From Planktothrix sp. GU0601_MAG3 (GTDB lineage: Bacteria > Cyanobacteriota > Cyanobacteriia > Cyanobacteriales > Microcoleaceae), in the NCBI GenBank assembly GCA_035193785.1, contig CP136572.1, positions 160,001 to 224,000 on the forward strand: 64,000 bases of DNA. The letters run 5' to 3'. Of this stretch, positions 33,444 to 46,366 are shown piece by piece. The notes beneath the pieces were generated by a model, which saw only the letters and a program-made list of their open reading frames with translations, did not search any database and had not been told where the DNA came from. Numbering within the stretch: position 1 is the stretch's first letter; each line of letters opens with the position of its first letter. A program made the position numbers and the translations under genes.

Positions 33444-36017
33444 ATGGCTGTGGAGTCTCGATATAATCCTGCATCCCTTGAACAAAAGTGGCAACAAACC
33501 TGGGCACAACAGGGGTTGTACAAAACCCCAACCGATAAAAACCAGCCCAAATTTTACGCGCTATCCATGTTCCCCTATCCGTCGGGGAGTCTACACATGG
33601 GTCACGTTCGCAATTATACCATTACTGACGTGATCGCCCGACTCAAAAGGATGCAAGGCTATCGTGTCTTACATCCGATGGGGTGGGACGCCTTTGGACT
33701 ACCCGCCGAAAATGCCGCCATTGACCGAGGAATTCCTCCGGCGGAATGGACGTATCAAAATATTGCCCAAATGCGGGAACAACTGCAAAAGTTAGGGTTC
33801 TCCATTGACTGGGAAAAGGAAGTTACCACCTGTTCCCCGGAATATTACCGTTGGACACAGTGGCTGTTCTTACAATTCTATCAGTGTGGACTTGCCTATC
33901 AAAAAGAAGCGGCGGTTAATTGGGATCCAATTGATCAAACAGTGCTGGCGAATGAACAAGTCGATAATGAGGGACGTTCTTGGCGGTCTGGAGCCATTGT
34001 TGAGCAGAAATTATTGCGTCAATGGTTCCTAAAAATTACCGATTATGCTAACGAATTGCTCAACGATTTAGAGCATTTAAACGGCTGGCCGGAACGGGTT
34101 AAATTAATGCAAGCTAACTGGATCGGACAATCCATTGGGGCGCAGTTAGAATTTCCGATCATTGGGTTAGATGAAAAGATTGCGGTTTTCACCACCCGTC
34201 CCGATACGGTTTACGGGGTTTCCTATGTGGTATTAGCCCCGGAACATCCCTTAGTTGCTCAGGTAACAACTCCCGAACAAAAAGCCGCTGTAGAAGCATT
34301 TATTCAAGAGGTTAAAAACGAAAGCCAAACCGATCGCACCTCGGAAGATAAACCAAAACGGGGCGTTCCTACCGGGGGAAAAGTCCTTAATCCTTTTAAT
34401 GAAGAAGAAATTCCGATTTGGATTGCGGATTATGTTTTATATGGATATGGAACAGGCGCAGTCATGGGAGTTCCAGCCCATGATGTTCGGGATTTTCAAT
34501 TTGCCAATCAATATCATTTACCCATCAAACAGGTGATTGTTCCCGATGATGCGGATAATGATAATGAGGAAAATAATCGGATTAAAATAGCCTATACCGG
34601 GCCGGGAATTTTAGTCGAATCCCGTAATTTTAGTGGGGAATATTCCGAACACGGAAAACAAGCCATTATTGACTATGCTGAAGATGAGGGATATGGCAAA
34701 GGAATTATTCAATATCGCCTCAGAGATTGGTTGATTTCCCGTCAACGCTATTGGGGAACTCCGATCCCGATTATTCATTGTCCAAATTGTGGGGCGGTGG
34801 CCGTTCCCGATCAGGATTTACCCGTAAAATTACCGGAAAATGTCAAATTTAGTGGTCGAGGTTTATCTCCTTTAGCCCAATTAGAAGACTGGATTAATGT
34901 ACCTTGTCCGAGTTGTGGAATTCCGGCTAAACGGGAAACCGATACCATGGATACGTTCATTGATTCTTCTTGGTATTATTTGCGTTATCCTGATGCCCAA
35001 AATGATCAACAAGCATTCAATCCAGCAATTACTAATGATTGGATGTCAGTAGATCAATATGTGGGCGGTATTGAACACGCAATTTTGCATTTGTTGTATT
35101 CTCGATTCTTTACAAAAGTAGTGCGCGATCGCGGATTATTACATTGTAAAGAACCCTTTGAAAAGTTATTAACTCAAGGGATGGTGCAGGGAATTACCTA
35201 TAAAAACCGCACCACGGGTAAGTATTTTTCCGCCTCCCAAGTAAGTCCGAGTAATCCCCAAGATCCGACAACGGGAGAAAAGTTAGAAGTCTTTTATGAG
35301 AAGATGTCTAAATCTAAATATAATGGGGTTGATCCATTAGAAGTAATGGGCAAATATGGGGCCGATACCGCCCGAATGTTTATTCTATTTAAAGCTCCTC
35401 CTGAAAAGGATTTAGAATGGGATGATGCCGATGTTGAGGGACAATTTCGTTTCTTAAATCGAGTTTGGAGAATTGTCACCGAATTTGCTGAAATTGCCAC
35501 TTCTAAACCTAAGAATCGAGAATTAACTAAGGAGGAAAAAGACTTAAAACGGGCGATTCATACGGCGATTAAAGAGGTCAGTGAAGATTTAGACGGAGAC
35601 TATCAATTTAATACGGCGGTATCTGAATTGATGAAACTCAGTAATGCTTTATCAGAAGCGAATTGTAAGGAGTCTATCGTTTATTCTGAAGGCATTGAAA
35701 CCCTGTTGAAATTATTAGCCCCCTTTGCTCCCCATATTGCGGAGGAATTATGGCAAATAATTGGAAAAACGGGTTCAATTCATACCCAAACCTGGCCTGA
35801 GCATGACCCAGAAGCGTTGGTAGTGGATGAAATTACCTTAGTAATTCAAATTAATGGAAAAACCCGCGGCACGCTACAAGTTCCAGCGACCGCCGATCAT
35901 CAAACCTTAGAAGAATATGCCAAAAATTCTGAGGTGAGTCAACGTCATATTGGGGACAAAACCATTAAGAAAGTGATTGTTGTCCCGGGAAAATTAGTCA
36001 ATTTTGTGGTCGTTTAA
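33444..36017 (+). CDS. leuS: Leucine--tRNA ligase
   Basis: HMGH and KMSKS motifs; intact 857 aa. Confidence 0.98.
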   Translation: MAVESRYNPASLEQKWQQTWAQQGLYKTPTDKNQPKFYALSMFPYPSGSLHMGHVRNYTITDVIARLKRMQGYRVLHPMGWDAFGLPAENAAIDRGIPPAEWTYQNIAQMREQLQKLGFSIDWEKEVTTCSPEYYRWTQWLFLQFYQCGLAYQKEAAVNWDPIDQTVLANEQVDNEGRSWRSGAIVEQKLLRQWFLKITDYANELLNDLEHLNGWPERVKLMQANWIGQSIGAQLEFPIIGLDEKIAVFTTRPDTVYGVSYVVLAPEHPLVAQVTTPEQKAAVEAFIQEVKNESQTDRTSEDKPKRGVPTGGKVLNPFNEEEIPIWIADYVLYGYGTGAVMGVPAHDVRDFQFANQYHLPIKQVIVPDDADNDNEENNRIKIAYTGPGILVESRNFSGEYSEHGKQAIIDYAEDEGYGKGIIQYRLRDWLISRQRYWGTPIPIIHCPNCGAVAVPDQDLPVKLPENVKFSGRGLSPLAQLEDWINVPCPSCGIPAKRETDTMDTFIDSSWYYLRYPDAQNDQQAFNPAITNDWMSVDQYVGGIEHAILHLLYSRFFTKVVRDRGLLHCKEPFEKLLTQGMVQGITYKNRTTGKYFSASQVSPSNPQDPTTGEKLEVFYEKMSKSKYNGVDPLEVMGKYGADTARMFILFKAPPEKDLEWDDADVEGQFRFLNRVWRIVTEFAEIATSKPKNRELTKEEKDLKRAIHTAIKEVSEDLDGDYQFNTAVSELMKLSNALSEANCKESIVYSEGIETLLKLLAPFAPHIAEELWQIIGKTGSIHTQTWPEHDPEALVVDEITLVIQINGKTRGTLQVPATADHQTLEEYAKNSEVSQRHIGDKTIKKVIVVPGKLVNFVVV

Positions 36018-36043
36018 CCCAGAAAGGTTAAAATACTTTAAGA

Positions 36044-36076
36044 TTCCCCCAAATTTTTCCGGTTTGGGGGTTTTTT
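36044..36076 (+). terminator. Intrinsic terminator after leuS
   Basis: CCCCCAAA..TTTGGGGG stem followed by a T run. Confidence 0.6.
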
Positions 36077-36328
36077 ATTCAGAATAAATAAATTGGGGAT
36101 TAGGCTTGGGATATCAGAAGGATGGTAAATTTTTTGTCCAGACTCCAGACTTTTGAATTCTAAATTTGATATCATGGACAATGGGGAAGCGCAAAGGTAT
36201 TTTTTTCCCAGACTGAGAAGATCAAGCTCCAAGCATAATCCCAGATTTCAGCAGGGTTCGCCTATTTTTAATCAAATTTAATATTTCTATAAAAATCAAC
36301 TGAGTTTAATTTACTAAAAGGGAGTTTC

Positions 36329-37342
36329 ATGTTTAATAATAGTAAAAAATTTTATGAACAAGGTTTAACCAAAGCACGTCAAGGTAATTATCAAGGTGCT
36401 TTAAAAGATTTTGATCAAGTGATTCAATTAAACCCTAATTATGCCAGTGCCTATAATAATAGGGGTCTAGTTTATTATTATTTGAAAGATTATCAAAAAG
36501 CGGTTAGTGATTTAACGAAAGCCTTACAAATTGAGCCTAAGTTACCCGATGCTTATTTGAATCGAGGCAATGCTTGGAGACATTTAGGCAAATATGAAAA
36601 AGCCATTCAAGATTTTAAAATAGCCCTAAGTTTTAATCCTAAAAGTGATGCGGTTTATAATAATTTGGGATTGGCGATCGCCCAGTCAGGACAGTATCAA
36701 GATGCAATTACCAATTATAATCAAGCCCTAGCCCTCAATCCTGAGAATCATAAAACCTATTATAATCGCGGTCGGGCTTTTTATTTATTAGGAATTAAAG
36801 AAAAGGCATTAGATGATTTTAATAAAGCCACCGAATTAGAATTGAATTATATTAAAGCCTATATTAATCGGGGATTATGTTATTATCAATTAGGAAAACA
36901 TGATCGCGCCATCCGCGATTATAACCGGGCATTACAAATTGATCCTTATAATGTTTATGCCTATTATAATCGGGGCTGTGTTCACCATAACCTCAAACAA
37001 TATCAAGCTGCAATTGATGATTTTGATCAAGTTATAAATATTGATCCTAACTTTATTAAAGCCTATTTAAACCGGGGGTTATCTCGTTATAAGCTAGGAG
37101 ATGAATCGGGAGCCAATAAAGACTTTTATCATGTGATGTGTGTGAATTCAGATACCTATATTCATTATCAAGCACAACGGGGGATTTCCAATCCGAGTCC
37201 CTATGCTAAAAACTCTCCTAAAGTTGATATGCAACACGGCGGAGAATATTTTTATACAACTTTTCTGAATGGATTGTGGGATGCAGAAGACCTAGAACAA
37301 AGGGAATCAACTATCTGTGAAGCTGAATTTATTAATGAATAA
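36329..37342 (+). CDS. TPR repeat protein
   Basis: About 8 repeats of AY.NRG...A..DF..A. Confidence 0.92.
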   Translation: MFNNSKKFYEQGLTKARQGNYQGALKDFDQVIQLNPNYASAYNNRGLVYYYLKDYQKAVSDLTKALQIEPKLPDAYLNRGNAWRHLGKYEKAIQDFKIALSFNPKSDAVYNNLGLAIAQSGQYQDAITNYNQALALNPENHKTYYNRGRAFYLLGIKEKALDDFNKATELELNYIKAYINRGLCYYQLGKHDRAIRDYNRALQIDPYNVYAYYNRGCVHHNLKQYQAAIDDFDQVINIDPNFIKAYLNRGLSRYKLGDESGANKDFYHVMCVNSDTYIHYQAQRGISNPSPYAKNSPKVDMQHGGEYFYTTFLNGLWDAEDLEQRESTICEAEFINE

Positions 37343-37371
37343 AAATTTGTCGTATACTTCAGTCCCTGGGT

Positions 37372-38175
37372 TTAAGTGAACAACATATTTAAACTAATGA
37401 ATAATAAAAATAAAGCAAAAGCCGTGCGTAATTTTTCCCCTGAAATTAAATGGGAAAGTGATGTTCCCCAAAAAGCACCTAAGATCGCAAACGGAGCGAT
37501 TAATAATAAAGCTGGCCAGTAAATATATCCAATAAATCCAGGAATAAAAGAATCGCCATGGGAAGATAAGAGAAAAGCCAGAGTTCCTAAAATAGAAATT
37601 GGTAAACTAAAGGAGGAAGATGTCCCCACCACTTCATACATGGGTAATCCGCAATAAATTAAAAAAGGCACACTAATTGCACCGCCTCCCACTCCTAGGA
37701 GTCCAGACTTAAAACCAATTCCTAACCCGACGGCGTTAATTATAGCTAATCCAGGTAAGGATTCTGATTGTAATTGCGGTTTAAAATCCAGCAATAGTTT
37801 AACAGAAATTAATAATAAAAATAATCCGAAAATAATTTTCAGTAAAGCACTGGATAAAGTATGATCTAATAGTGCACCGAATAAAACCCCTAATAGAATC
37901 CCAGGAATAATTTTCCAAAAAACTCTCCATTGTACATCCCCTTTGGAATGGTGTGCCACAATCGAAGAAGTCGCCGTAAAAGTCATTACACTCATGGAAG
38001 TGGCGATCGCACTGTGCATCACCAGATCGGTTGGAAATCCCATTAAATTAAAAATATAAAATAACCCTGGGACAACTAACATTCCTCCGCCAATCCCGAG
38101 TAATCCGGCCGTTGTGCCCGCGGCCAGTCCTAATGTTGCTAATAACATCCAAGGCAGAATCCCCATGACCATCAA
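37372..38175 (-). CDS. TauE/SafE (TSUP) family exporter
   Basis: Duplicated GLLG(I/V)GGG...VP motif; multi-TM. Confidence 0.88.
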   Translation of the reverse strand: MMVMGILPWMLLATLGLAAGTTAGLLGIGGGMLVVPGLFYIFNLMGFPTDLVMHSAIATSMSVMTFTATSSIVAHHSKGDVQWRVFWKIIPGILLGVLFGALLDHTLSSALLKIIFGLFLLLISVKLLLDFKPQLQSESLPGLAIINAVGLGIGFKSGLLGVGGGAISVPFLIYCGLPMYEVVGTSSSFSLPISILGTLAFLLSSHGDSFIPGFIGYIYWPALLLIAPFAILGAFWGTSLSHLISGEKLRTAFALFLLFISLNMLFT

Positions 38176-38468
38176 AAAATACCCAGTTTACGGCAATAGG
38201 TCAATTGTATTGTGTCACAAATTTTTATAGTGCGCTTCCTCCCAGCCAATCTTCCCCGTAATTAATTCCGATTAGCCAATGAACACTAAGCTGTAAAATA
38301 GTTGAAAGTGCAAATTGACAACAGTGACGGCCCTCAAGCTAGTCTAAGAGGGAAAGTTAATATTTGATGACTGTTTCCGTCCATCGCACGTCAAAAAAAC
38401 CAGCATAGTGATGTATTCGTCACATTTTGTTAGTTAAGAGCTTAGGTATTATAAGGGAGAACCAAAGA

Positions 38469-39672
<1,204 letters not shown>

Positions 39673-39735
39673 ATCAGTTAACAGTAAACAGTTCCCAGTT
39701 ATCAGTGCAAGAATTTAAGAGGATGACACCGATTA

Positions 39736-40112
39736 ACACCGATGAAAATCCGTGAAATCCGCGAAATCCTCTTAAATCCGCGATCCTCGTTTCCCATGAT
39801 TTTATGCTCCAAAGTCAGAATTCAAGATGAAAATCCGTGAAATCCGCGAAATCCTCTTAAATCCGTGATCCTCGTTTCCCATGATTTTATGCTCCAAACT
39901 AAGAATTCAAGAGAATAACGCCAATCAACACCGATGAAAATCCGTGAAATCCGCGAAATCCTCTTAAATCCGCGATCCCCGTTTCCCATGATTTTATGCT
40001 CCAAACTAAGAATTCAAGAGGATAACCCCAATCAACACCGATGAAAATCCGTGAAATCCGCGAAATCCTCTTAAATCCGTGATCCCCGTTTCCCATGATT
40101 TTATGCTTCCAA
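39736..40112. repeat. Tandem repeat of four units (spacing 85, 107, 107 bp) overlapping the start of the next gene
   Basis: GATGAAAATCCGTGAAATCCGCGAAATCCTCTTAAATCCG...CCCATGATTTTATGCT starts at 39741, 39826, 39933 and 40040. Confidence 0.92.
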
Positions 40113-41063
40113 AAAATGGCATTGAAATGTACCAACAAAGGCTTTTTGCCCTGCATAAAAGTCGAATTTATACTAATTTATATTCTGAAATTGATCAGCC
40201 AAATTATCAAGATTGGCTGGATATATTAAAGCAAGAATCTGATTTAATTCAAGATAAAATTGCCAAAAACCCCGATTCATCTCGTCTGAATATTTTATTG
40301 GGAGATTCCCTAAGTATGTGGTTTCCCAATAGTTTATTACCATCGGGAAACCCTATGGTTAAATCAAGGTATTTCAGGAGATACAACCAGTGGAATTTTA
40401 GAACGTCTGGATATTTTTGCTAAAAATAATCCTAATAATATTTATATTTTAGCTGGAATTAATGATTTAAAAAAACAAGTTCCCGTCGCAGAGATATTAA
40501 AAAACCATCTAAAAATATTAAATTATCTAAAACAAAATTATCCCGATACTCAAATTTTAGTTCAATCTATTTTTCCCACTCAATTACCCACAGAAAATCT
40601 AACTTTTTCGATTCCAAATTCTTTAATTAAACAACTAAATCAAAACCTAGCCCAACAAGTTCAAAACCAAGGAAGTATCTATTTAGACTTTCATCAACGA
40701 TTTACTAATACCCAGGGAAATCTCAAATCCGAACTAACCACCGACGGTTTACATCTTAGCCTAGAAGGTTACAAAGTTTGGCAATTTGCCCTCAAACAAA
40801 CCGAATCCCGCCTATCCAACAATCGAGATCATAACTATCAAAAATGGCTACAACAATCATCAGGATTTCCTTTAGATGGAAAATCCTATAGTTGGGTTTC
40901 CTATCAAGTTAAACCCGGAGATACCTTAGAAAAAATCACCCTAAAAGCATTAGGACAAGAGGATTTCGATTATTGCGATTTAATCGCCATCCGAAACCAC
41001 CTGACATCGGATTTTCTCCTGATCGATGAACGTCTCGAAATCCCGCAATTAATCCAAAAATAG
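40103..41063 (+). CDS. GDSL/SGNH hydrolase with C-terminal LysM-like domain; apparent frameshift at ~40348 (3' two-thirds absent from the ORF track)
   Basis: LGDSL, NQGISGDTT, AGINDL and DGLHL blocks, then YQVKPGDTLEKI...IAIRN...LEIP. Confidence 0.85.
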
Positions 41064-41101
41064 CAGGGTTTCGGGTTTTCCAGGTAGATAGTCCAACCGA
41101 A

Positions 41102-41299
41102 CTAGAGAGTTTGGCGAGAAACAAATTTTTCCAAGTCCGCCTGAGTTTGTTGTAGCAGTTGCTCACGAGAATCACGAGCTATCGTCAGGTTGGGAACTAA
41201 ATTACGAGCTTGTAACGTCATGTGCAGTTGTAAATCTGCCACATAAGCACTTACGCCTTGCTGATCAGAAGCTGTTGAGTATCCCATCTCTAACTTCAC
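41102..41299 (-). CDS. Small hypothetical protein
   Basis: Protein-like 61-65 aa ORF (LQLHMTLQARNL) preceded by a purine-rich RBS (GGGAGA). Confidence 0.6.
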   Translation of the reverse strand: MKLEMGYSTASDQQGVSAYVADLQLHMTLQARNLVPNLTIARDSREQLLQQTQADLEKFVSRQTL

Positions 41300-41632
41300 A
41301 GGTTTTTCTCCCTTTACGCTTAACTGTATTTTTTCATCACTGGGTAAAAGGTATCACGTCCTTTGCCATACTGTCTGATCCCGCAACGAAGTTTAACGGT
41401 TTTGGGGATAATCTTTACAGTTCGTTACAAATCCACCTAAGATGGGAGTCACCTTAAGGACTAACCGCCAATCATTCCAATATTGGGATTTGTTAGCAAA
41501 AATGGGATTTATGGGTAAGATTCCTAGTGATAAGGATATTTCCGTTGCAGCTAAAAATTCCAGTACAAGACTAACAAACCCAGGGATACTCTAGGCACCG
41601 GAAGACACCGGATAGGGATTAATTTGTATTTT

Positions 41633-41646
41633 GTATTTTTAGATAC
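41633..41646. promoter_or_regulatory. Possible NtcA box
   Basis: GTA-TTTTTAGA-TAC with TGTA..TACA flanks, but no -10 element at the canonical 22-nt spacing. Confidence 0.35.
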
Positions 41647-41718
41647 AGAAAAAAATTACATTTAACCAGACTCATAATTTAGAATCAATCACCAACACAA
41701 AATTTAGGTTTTTTGGAC

Positions 41719-44700
41719 ATGACACAACTTATTGGTAATGCGAGCGATGATTTTTTAGTCGGGACACCCGAAACCCGATGAAATCCTAGGATTTGCCGGA
41801 AACGATACCTTACAAGGATTAGGGGAAAATGATACCCTGAATGGGGGTCAAGATCAGGATTTGTTGTCCGGGGGCAATGGCAATGATCTGATGTTTGGGG
41901 ATCTAGGAAATGATACCCTCGAAGGAGAGGCAGGGAATGATATTGCTTACGGCAATAGTGAGGATGATCAACTCAATGGCGGTGAAGGTGACGACCTCCT
42001 CTATGGTGGACAGGAGAATGATACCCTGTTTAGCAGTAGTGGAAATGATCGGCTATTTGGAGATAGGGGAAACGACCTTCTCTATAGCGGAAGTGGGAAG
42101 AATCAACTGACTGGAGGCGGAGGTTCCGATGTATTTGTAATTGGTCGAGAACTGATAGATAGTGAAGTTGATAGTATTACTGATTTTAGGTTTGGAGTCG
42201 ATTTAATTGGATTAACCAAGGAATTAAAATTTGCTGATTTGCGGTTTGTTCAAGTGGGAAATGATACCGTAATTGAAGATAGGATCAGCAATCAACAACT
42301 GATTATTGTTCAGGAAACCCAAGCCACAACCCTTAATAATCAAGCCAACTTTACCCAATCCATCGAAAGCCTTACGCCCGTTATTGAGTTTACCAATAAT
42401 GATTCCCTAACAGTCAAAGAAGGTGAAACACCAGCCATATTTGTCAATGTTCGACGGGCGGGTTCCCCGTTTAATACGGTGAGTGCCAAACTAGAATTGC
42501 AACTAGACACCGCCAACGGTAGTGACCTTAACTTAGAACCCGTAGAAATAGTTTTCAAACCCTACGAAACTTTTAAAATTGTTCCTATTCCTTTAACCGT
42601 TATTGATGATCGAGAAACCGAACCGAATGAAAGCTTTAAGTTAATTCTGGCCAATCCCACCGGAGGAGCTACCCTAGGAGAATCCCAGGAAATTGTTGTC
42701 ACCCTACAAGATAATGATAGTAGTTCCGGAGGAAGTCTCCCCCCCAGCAATTCAGCACCACCGATCGTTTTTCCCATCGGGCCCTTTCCCTCCACCATTA
42801 GTCTGTCGGTTGCCCCCTCTACTATTCTGGAAAATAGCCAGGAAAACTTTGTTTATACCTTTACACGGGCGGGAGGTTCCCTAGACCTACCAATTAACGT
42901 TAACTTCACCGTGGGAGGAACGGCGCAACTAGGGACAAACTATACCGTTATTGACAACCAAACCTTTACGAGTACCGGGGGTAGCGTTTCCTTCCCGGCA
43001 AATGGTACCATCGCCACCCTAAAACTCGCTCCCATCAATAACGATAAATTTGAAGAAGACCCCCTAACTATTGATATCACCTTAAAAGAATCCGGTTTCT
43101 TATATACCGCCAATCCTCAACAATCTGCCGCAGTGGCAAGTATCCAGAGCGAAGATCTGCCACCCAGACCCCCGGTTTACAACTTTAGTCAATCGGAATT
43201 TCCTATCTTTGAGGGTGATCCTGGCTTTCCTCAACAAGCAACTATTACGGTTAATCGTGGTTTTGATATCAGTCAGCAATCGAGTGTTAGGATTCTTCTG
43301 ATCCCGGCTGGACAGAACGGCGGAACACCCGGGGTTGATGTTGAACCCACGGAAAACTCGTCCTAAATTTTGCCCCGGGTCAGGCCGAGAATACCTTTCA
43401 AATCCCGATTATTGGTGATAACGATATTGAGCCTTCAGAAACAATTATCCTATCCTTTGCACCGGACGGTTTTATCCCCACTGGACAAGCGGGAACCCTT
43501 TATCCCACAGCCAACTTAATTATTAATGACGACGATGGCCCCACTACTTATGATTTCAAAGAACCCCTATTCACCACTCTTGAAGGTAACTCCACTAATA
43601 TTACCCAACTGGTAGAAATTGATCGTTCCGGGGATATTAATGTTAACTCCTCTGTGGAAGTCAATGTCACCGGGGTCAATGCTATCCCCAATGTAGATTT
43701 TGTTCCCGGGCCAATCACCGTGAATTTCACCCCAGGACAAACGGCCCAAACCGTGCCGATTACGATTATTGGCAACCTCACACCCAATCAAAACAGAACC
43801 CTGAATCTTTCCTTCAATCCCCCCCTAGGGGCGTTGGTGGGGAACCAGCATCCCACCGCAGAGTTATTGGTGATTGATGATGATAATGTTCCGACCTATG
43901 ACTTCACCACCAATGTTTATGAGGTACGGGAAGGGAATAGTGATATTACCTACAATGAAATTACTGTTGTTCGCTCAGGAAAGGTTGATATTAACTCATC
44001 GGTGACGGTGGACTTAAACCCGGCTGCCCAAAATGGAGCGACTCCAGGAGATGACTTTACTCCGAGTACCATTCCCTTGCAATTTGCCCCCGGAGAAATT
44101 AGTAAAACCGTATCGGTTACGATTAAAGGAGATGAAACATCTGAATCTACCGAAACTGTAATTCTCTCCTTTTCTGGCTTCGACAACGATGGACAAACCG
44201 GAACCACCGTCCCGCAAGCCGCTCTGATCATTAATGATGATGATTCCCCACCCACCTATAACTTTACCCAGAACAACTACACCGTAGATGAAGGAGACGG
44301 CACGAACCTGTTTAATGAAGTTCAGGTGGTTCGCTCAGGAGATATTAGTCAAACCTCTAGTGTGGATGTGGTATTTACCAGTGAGACGGCGATCGCTAAT
44401 ACCGACTTTACACCAGGGCCCCAAAAAATTCAATTTGCGATTAACCAAGACAAACAAATTGTCCCCCTTGGAATTATTGGGAACACCCGGGTGCAACCTG
44501 ACCGCAGCTTTGCACTCTCCTTTGCTAATTTTGACAAAAACGGACAAGATGGAGACAATATCCCCACCAGTACCGTTACCATCAAAGATGACGACAAAGC
44601 CACTCTCAGTTTAACCACCGTAGAAGCAATAGCCACCGAACCTGTCACCACAAAAGTCCCCAATGAACAGCCCAAAAACGGGATTTATCGGATTAGTCGT

Positions 44701-46078
44701 GCGCCGGATGCCTTTGGGGATTTAACCATCAACCTCACCCTAGAACCCGATAGAATTAGCACCGCCGACTATACCCTGAGCACCTCAACGGGTCAACCCA
44801 TTGTTGTCAATGACAACTCCACCGCCACTGTTACCCTTCCTAACAATCAATCCAGTATTGATATCATCTTGACTCCCATTGATGATGTCCCAGCCGAAGC
44901 CGACGAATCCTTAACCCTAGTCTTAGCGGACGGTAACTATCAGATTGATCCCGATGAAAATACGGCAAAGGTGACAATTCTAGTCAATGATACCGCCGTG
45001 ACTCAACTGGGAGATACCACCAGCAACGCCCCGGAAGACTATGCCACCCGAGAAGGTTCCTTGCGTCAGGCGATTATCAACGCCGGAATTCTGCCTGGGG
45101 AAGATACGATTACCTTTGTTGACAAAGCTGCCTCCGGGGTGATTAATCTGGTGGGAGCTTTACCCGGGATTAGTAGCGATATGATTTTTGATGGGCCAGG
45201 AGCCGATAAGCTCACCATTCGTCGAGATACGGGCGGGGACTACAATATTTTCACCGTTAATGGCGGGAATATTACTTTTGAGGGATTGAAACTGACCAAT
45301 GGTTTCCCCGCCGGAAACGATACCCAATACAAGTAGTACGACCACAGGGAGTCGAGGTGGTGCAATTAATATTACTTCCTCTGCCAGTAAGGTTAAGGTA
45401 CTCGACAGTTGGCTTGATGCCAACCAGGCGAATAATGGGGGGGCGATCGCCAACTCCGGCCAACTCACGGTTCAAAATAGTACCATCAGCAATAACACAG
45501 GTAGCAACGGTGGTGGAATTATTGTGATTGATGGTCAAGTCCAAATTGTTAATAGCACGATTGCTAACAATAAGGGCAGCATCGGCGGTGGCGTGTTTAA
45601 CTCCGTTGCGGACTTAACCATTACCAATAGTACAATTGCCTTCAATGATGCAACCGGAAACAGTGGCGGGGTGAGAAATATTGGCGGTTTAGCCAACCTG
45701 AAAAACACAATTATTGCCAGTAACACCTCTCCCTTTAACCCCGACGTGGGAGCCTCCATTGAATTTGCCTTCAAGAGTGGAGGTAATAACCTAATTGGGG
45801 ACGGAACTGGAGGACAGGGTTTAGTCAACGGAGTGAACAATGATCAGGTCGGTAGCAGTACCACCCCGATTGATCCCTTACTCAGTCCCCTACAAAACAA
45901 CGGTGGTGGCACGCCTACCTTGGCTCTAGCTAGTACCAGTCTTGCAATTAACAAGGGAAGTAATAGCTTTATTGCCCCCTATACCAACCCCGGACAATTT
46001 GACCAACGGGGGCCAAACTTTACCCGAATCATCAACAATATCATTGATATCGGAGCCTTTGAGTCTCAACTGTTCTAA
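41719..46078 (+). CDS. Large secreted Ca-binding adhesin-like protein: RTX repeats, several Calx-beta domains and a C-terminal beta-helix/choice-of-anchor-Q-like region; apparent frameshifts at ~41772, ~43354 and ~45315
   Basis: GGxGND repeats, Calx-beta DD..E..E.F.L.L..P motifs, GSLRQAI and DQRG...DIGAFE. Confidence 0.85.
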
Positions 46079-46360
46079 TTACGAATTACGAATTACGAAT
46101 TACGAATTACGAATTAGGGCGGGTTTAGAAAGGCTATCTGTGAGGATCAGAAATTTGTACAGAACCCGCCCCTACAATTAAATATTGTACCCCGTAGGGG
46201 CGGGTTCACGTTAACCTTTAATACCCACAAACAATCTCCCAAAACCCGCCCCGAACCCGACCAAAATTCCCGATTAACTGAATATTAATAGTGGGGTGGG
46301 GCGGGTTGAGAAAGGCTATCTGTGAGGAGCAGAAATTTGTACAGAAACCCGCTCCTACAG
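46077..46360. repeat. Cluster of (AATTACG)n and GTAG-type REP-like palindromes (GGGGCGGGTT...AACCCGCCCCTAC)
   Basis: Three stem-loops, two of which share the loop AGAAAGGCTATCTGTGAGGA..AGAAATTTGTACAG. The same family occurs at 56721-56782. Confidence 0.8.
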
Positions 46361-46366
46361 TCTGAT

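Noticed and set aside
36038..36232. 64-aa minus-strand ORF after leuS
   Set aside because: It overlaps the leuS terminator and has only a vague cNMP-domain-like stretch.
39736..40112. CRISPR array
   Set aside because: Units are too long, the inter-core sequences are nearly identical, and no cas genes are present.
39822..40156. Minus-strand ORFs with repeated peptides
   Set aside because: Shadow translations of the 107-bp repeat.
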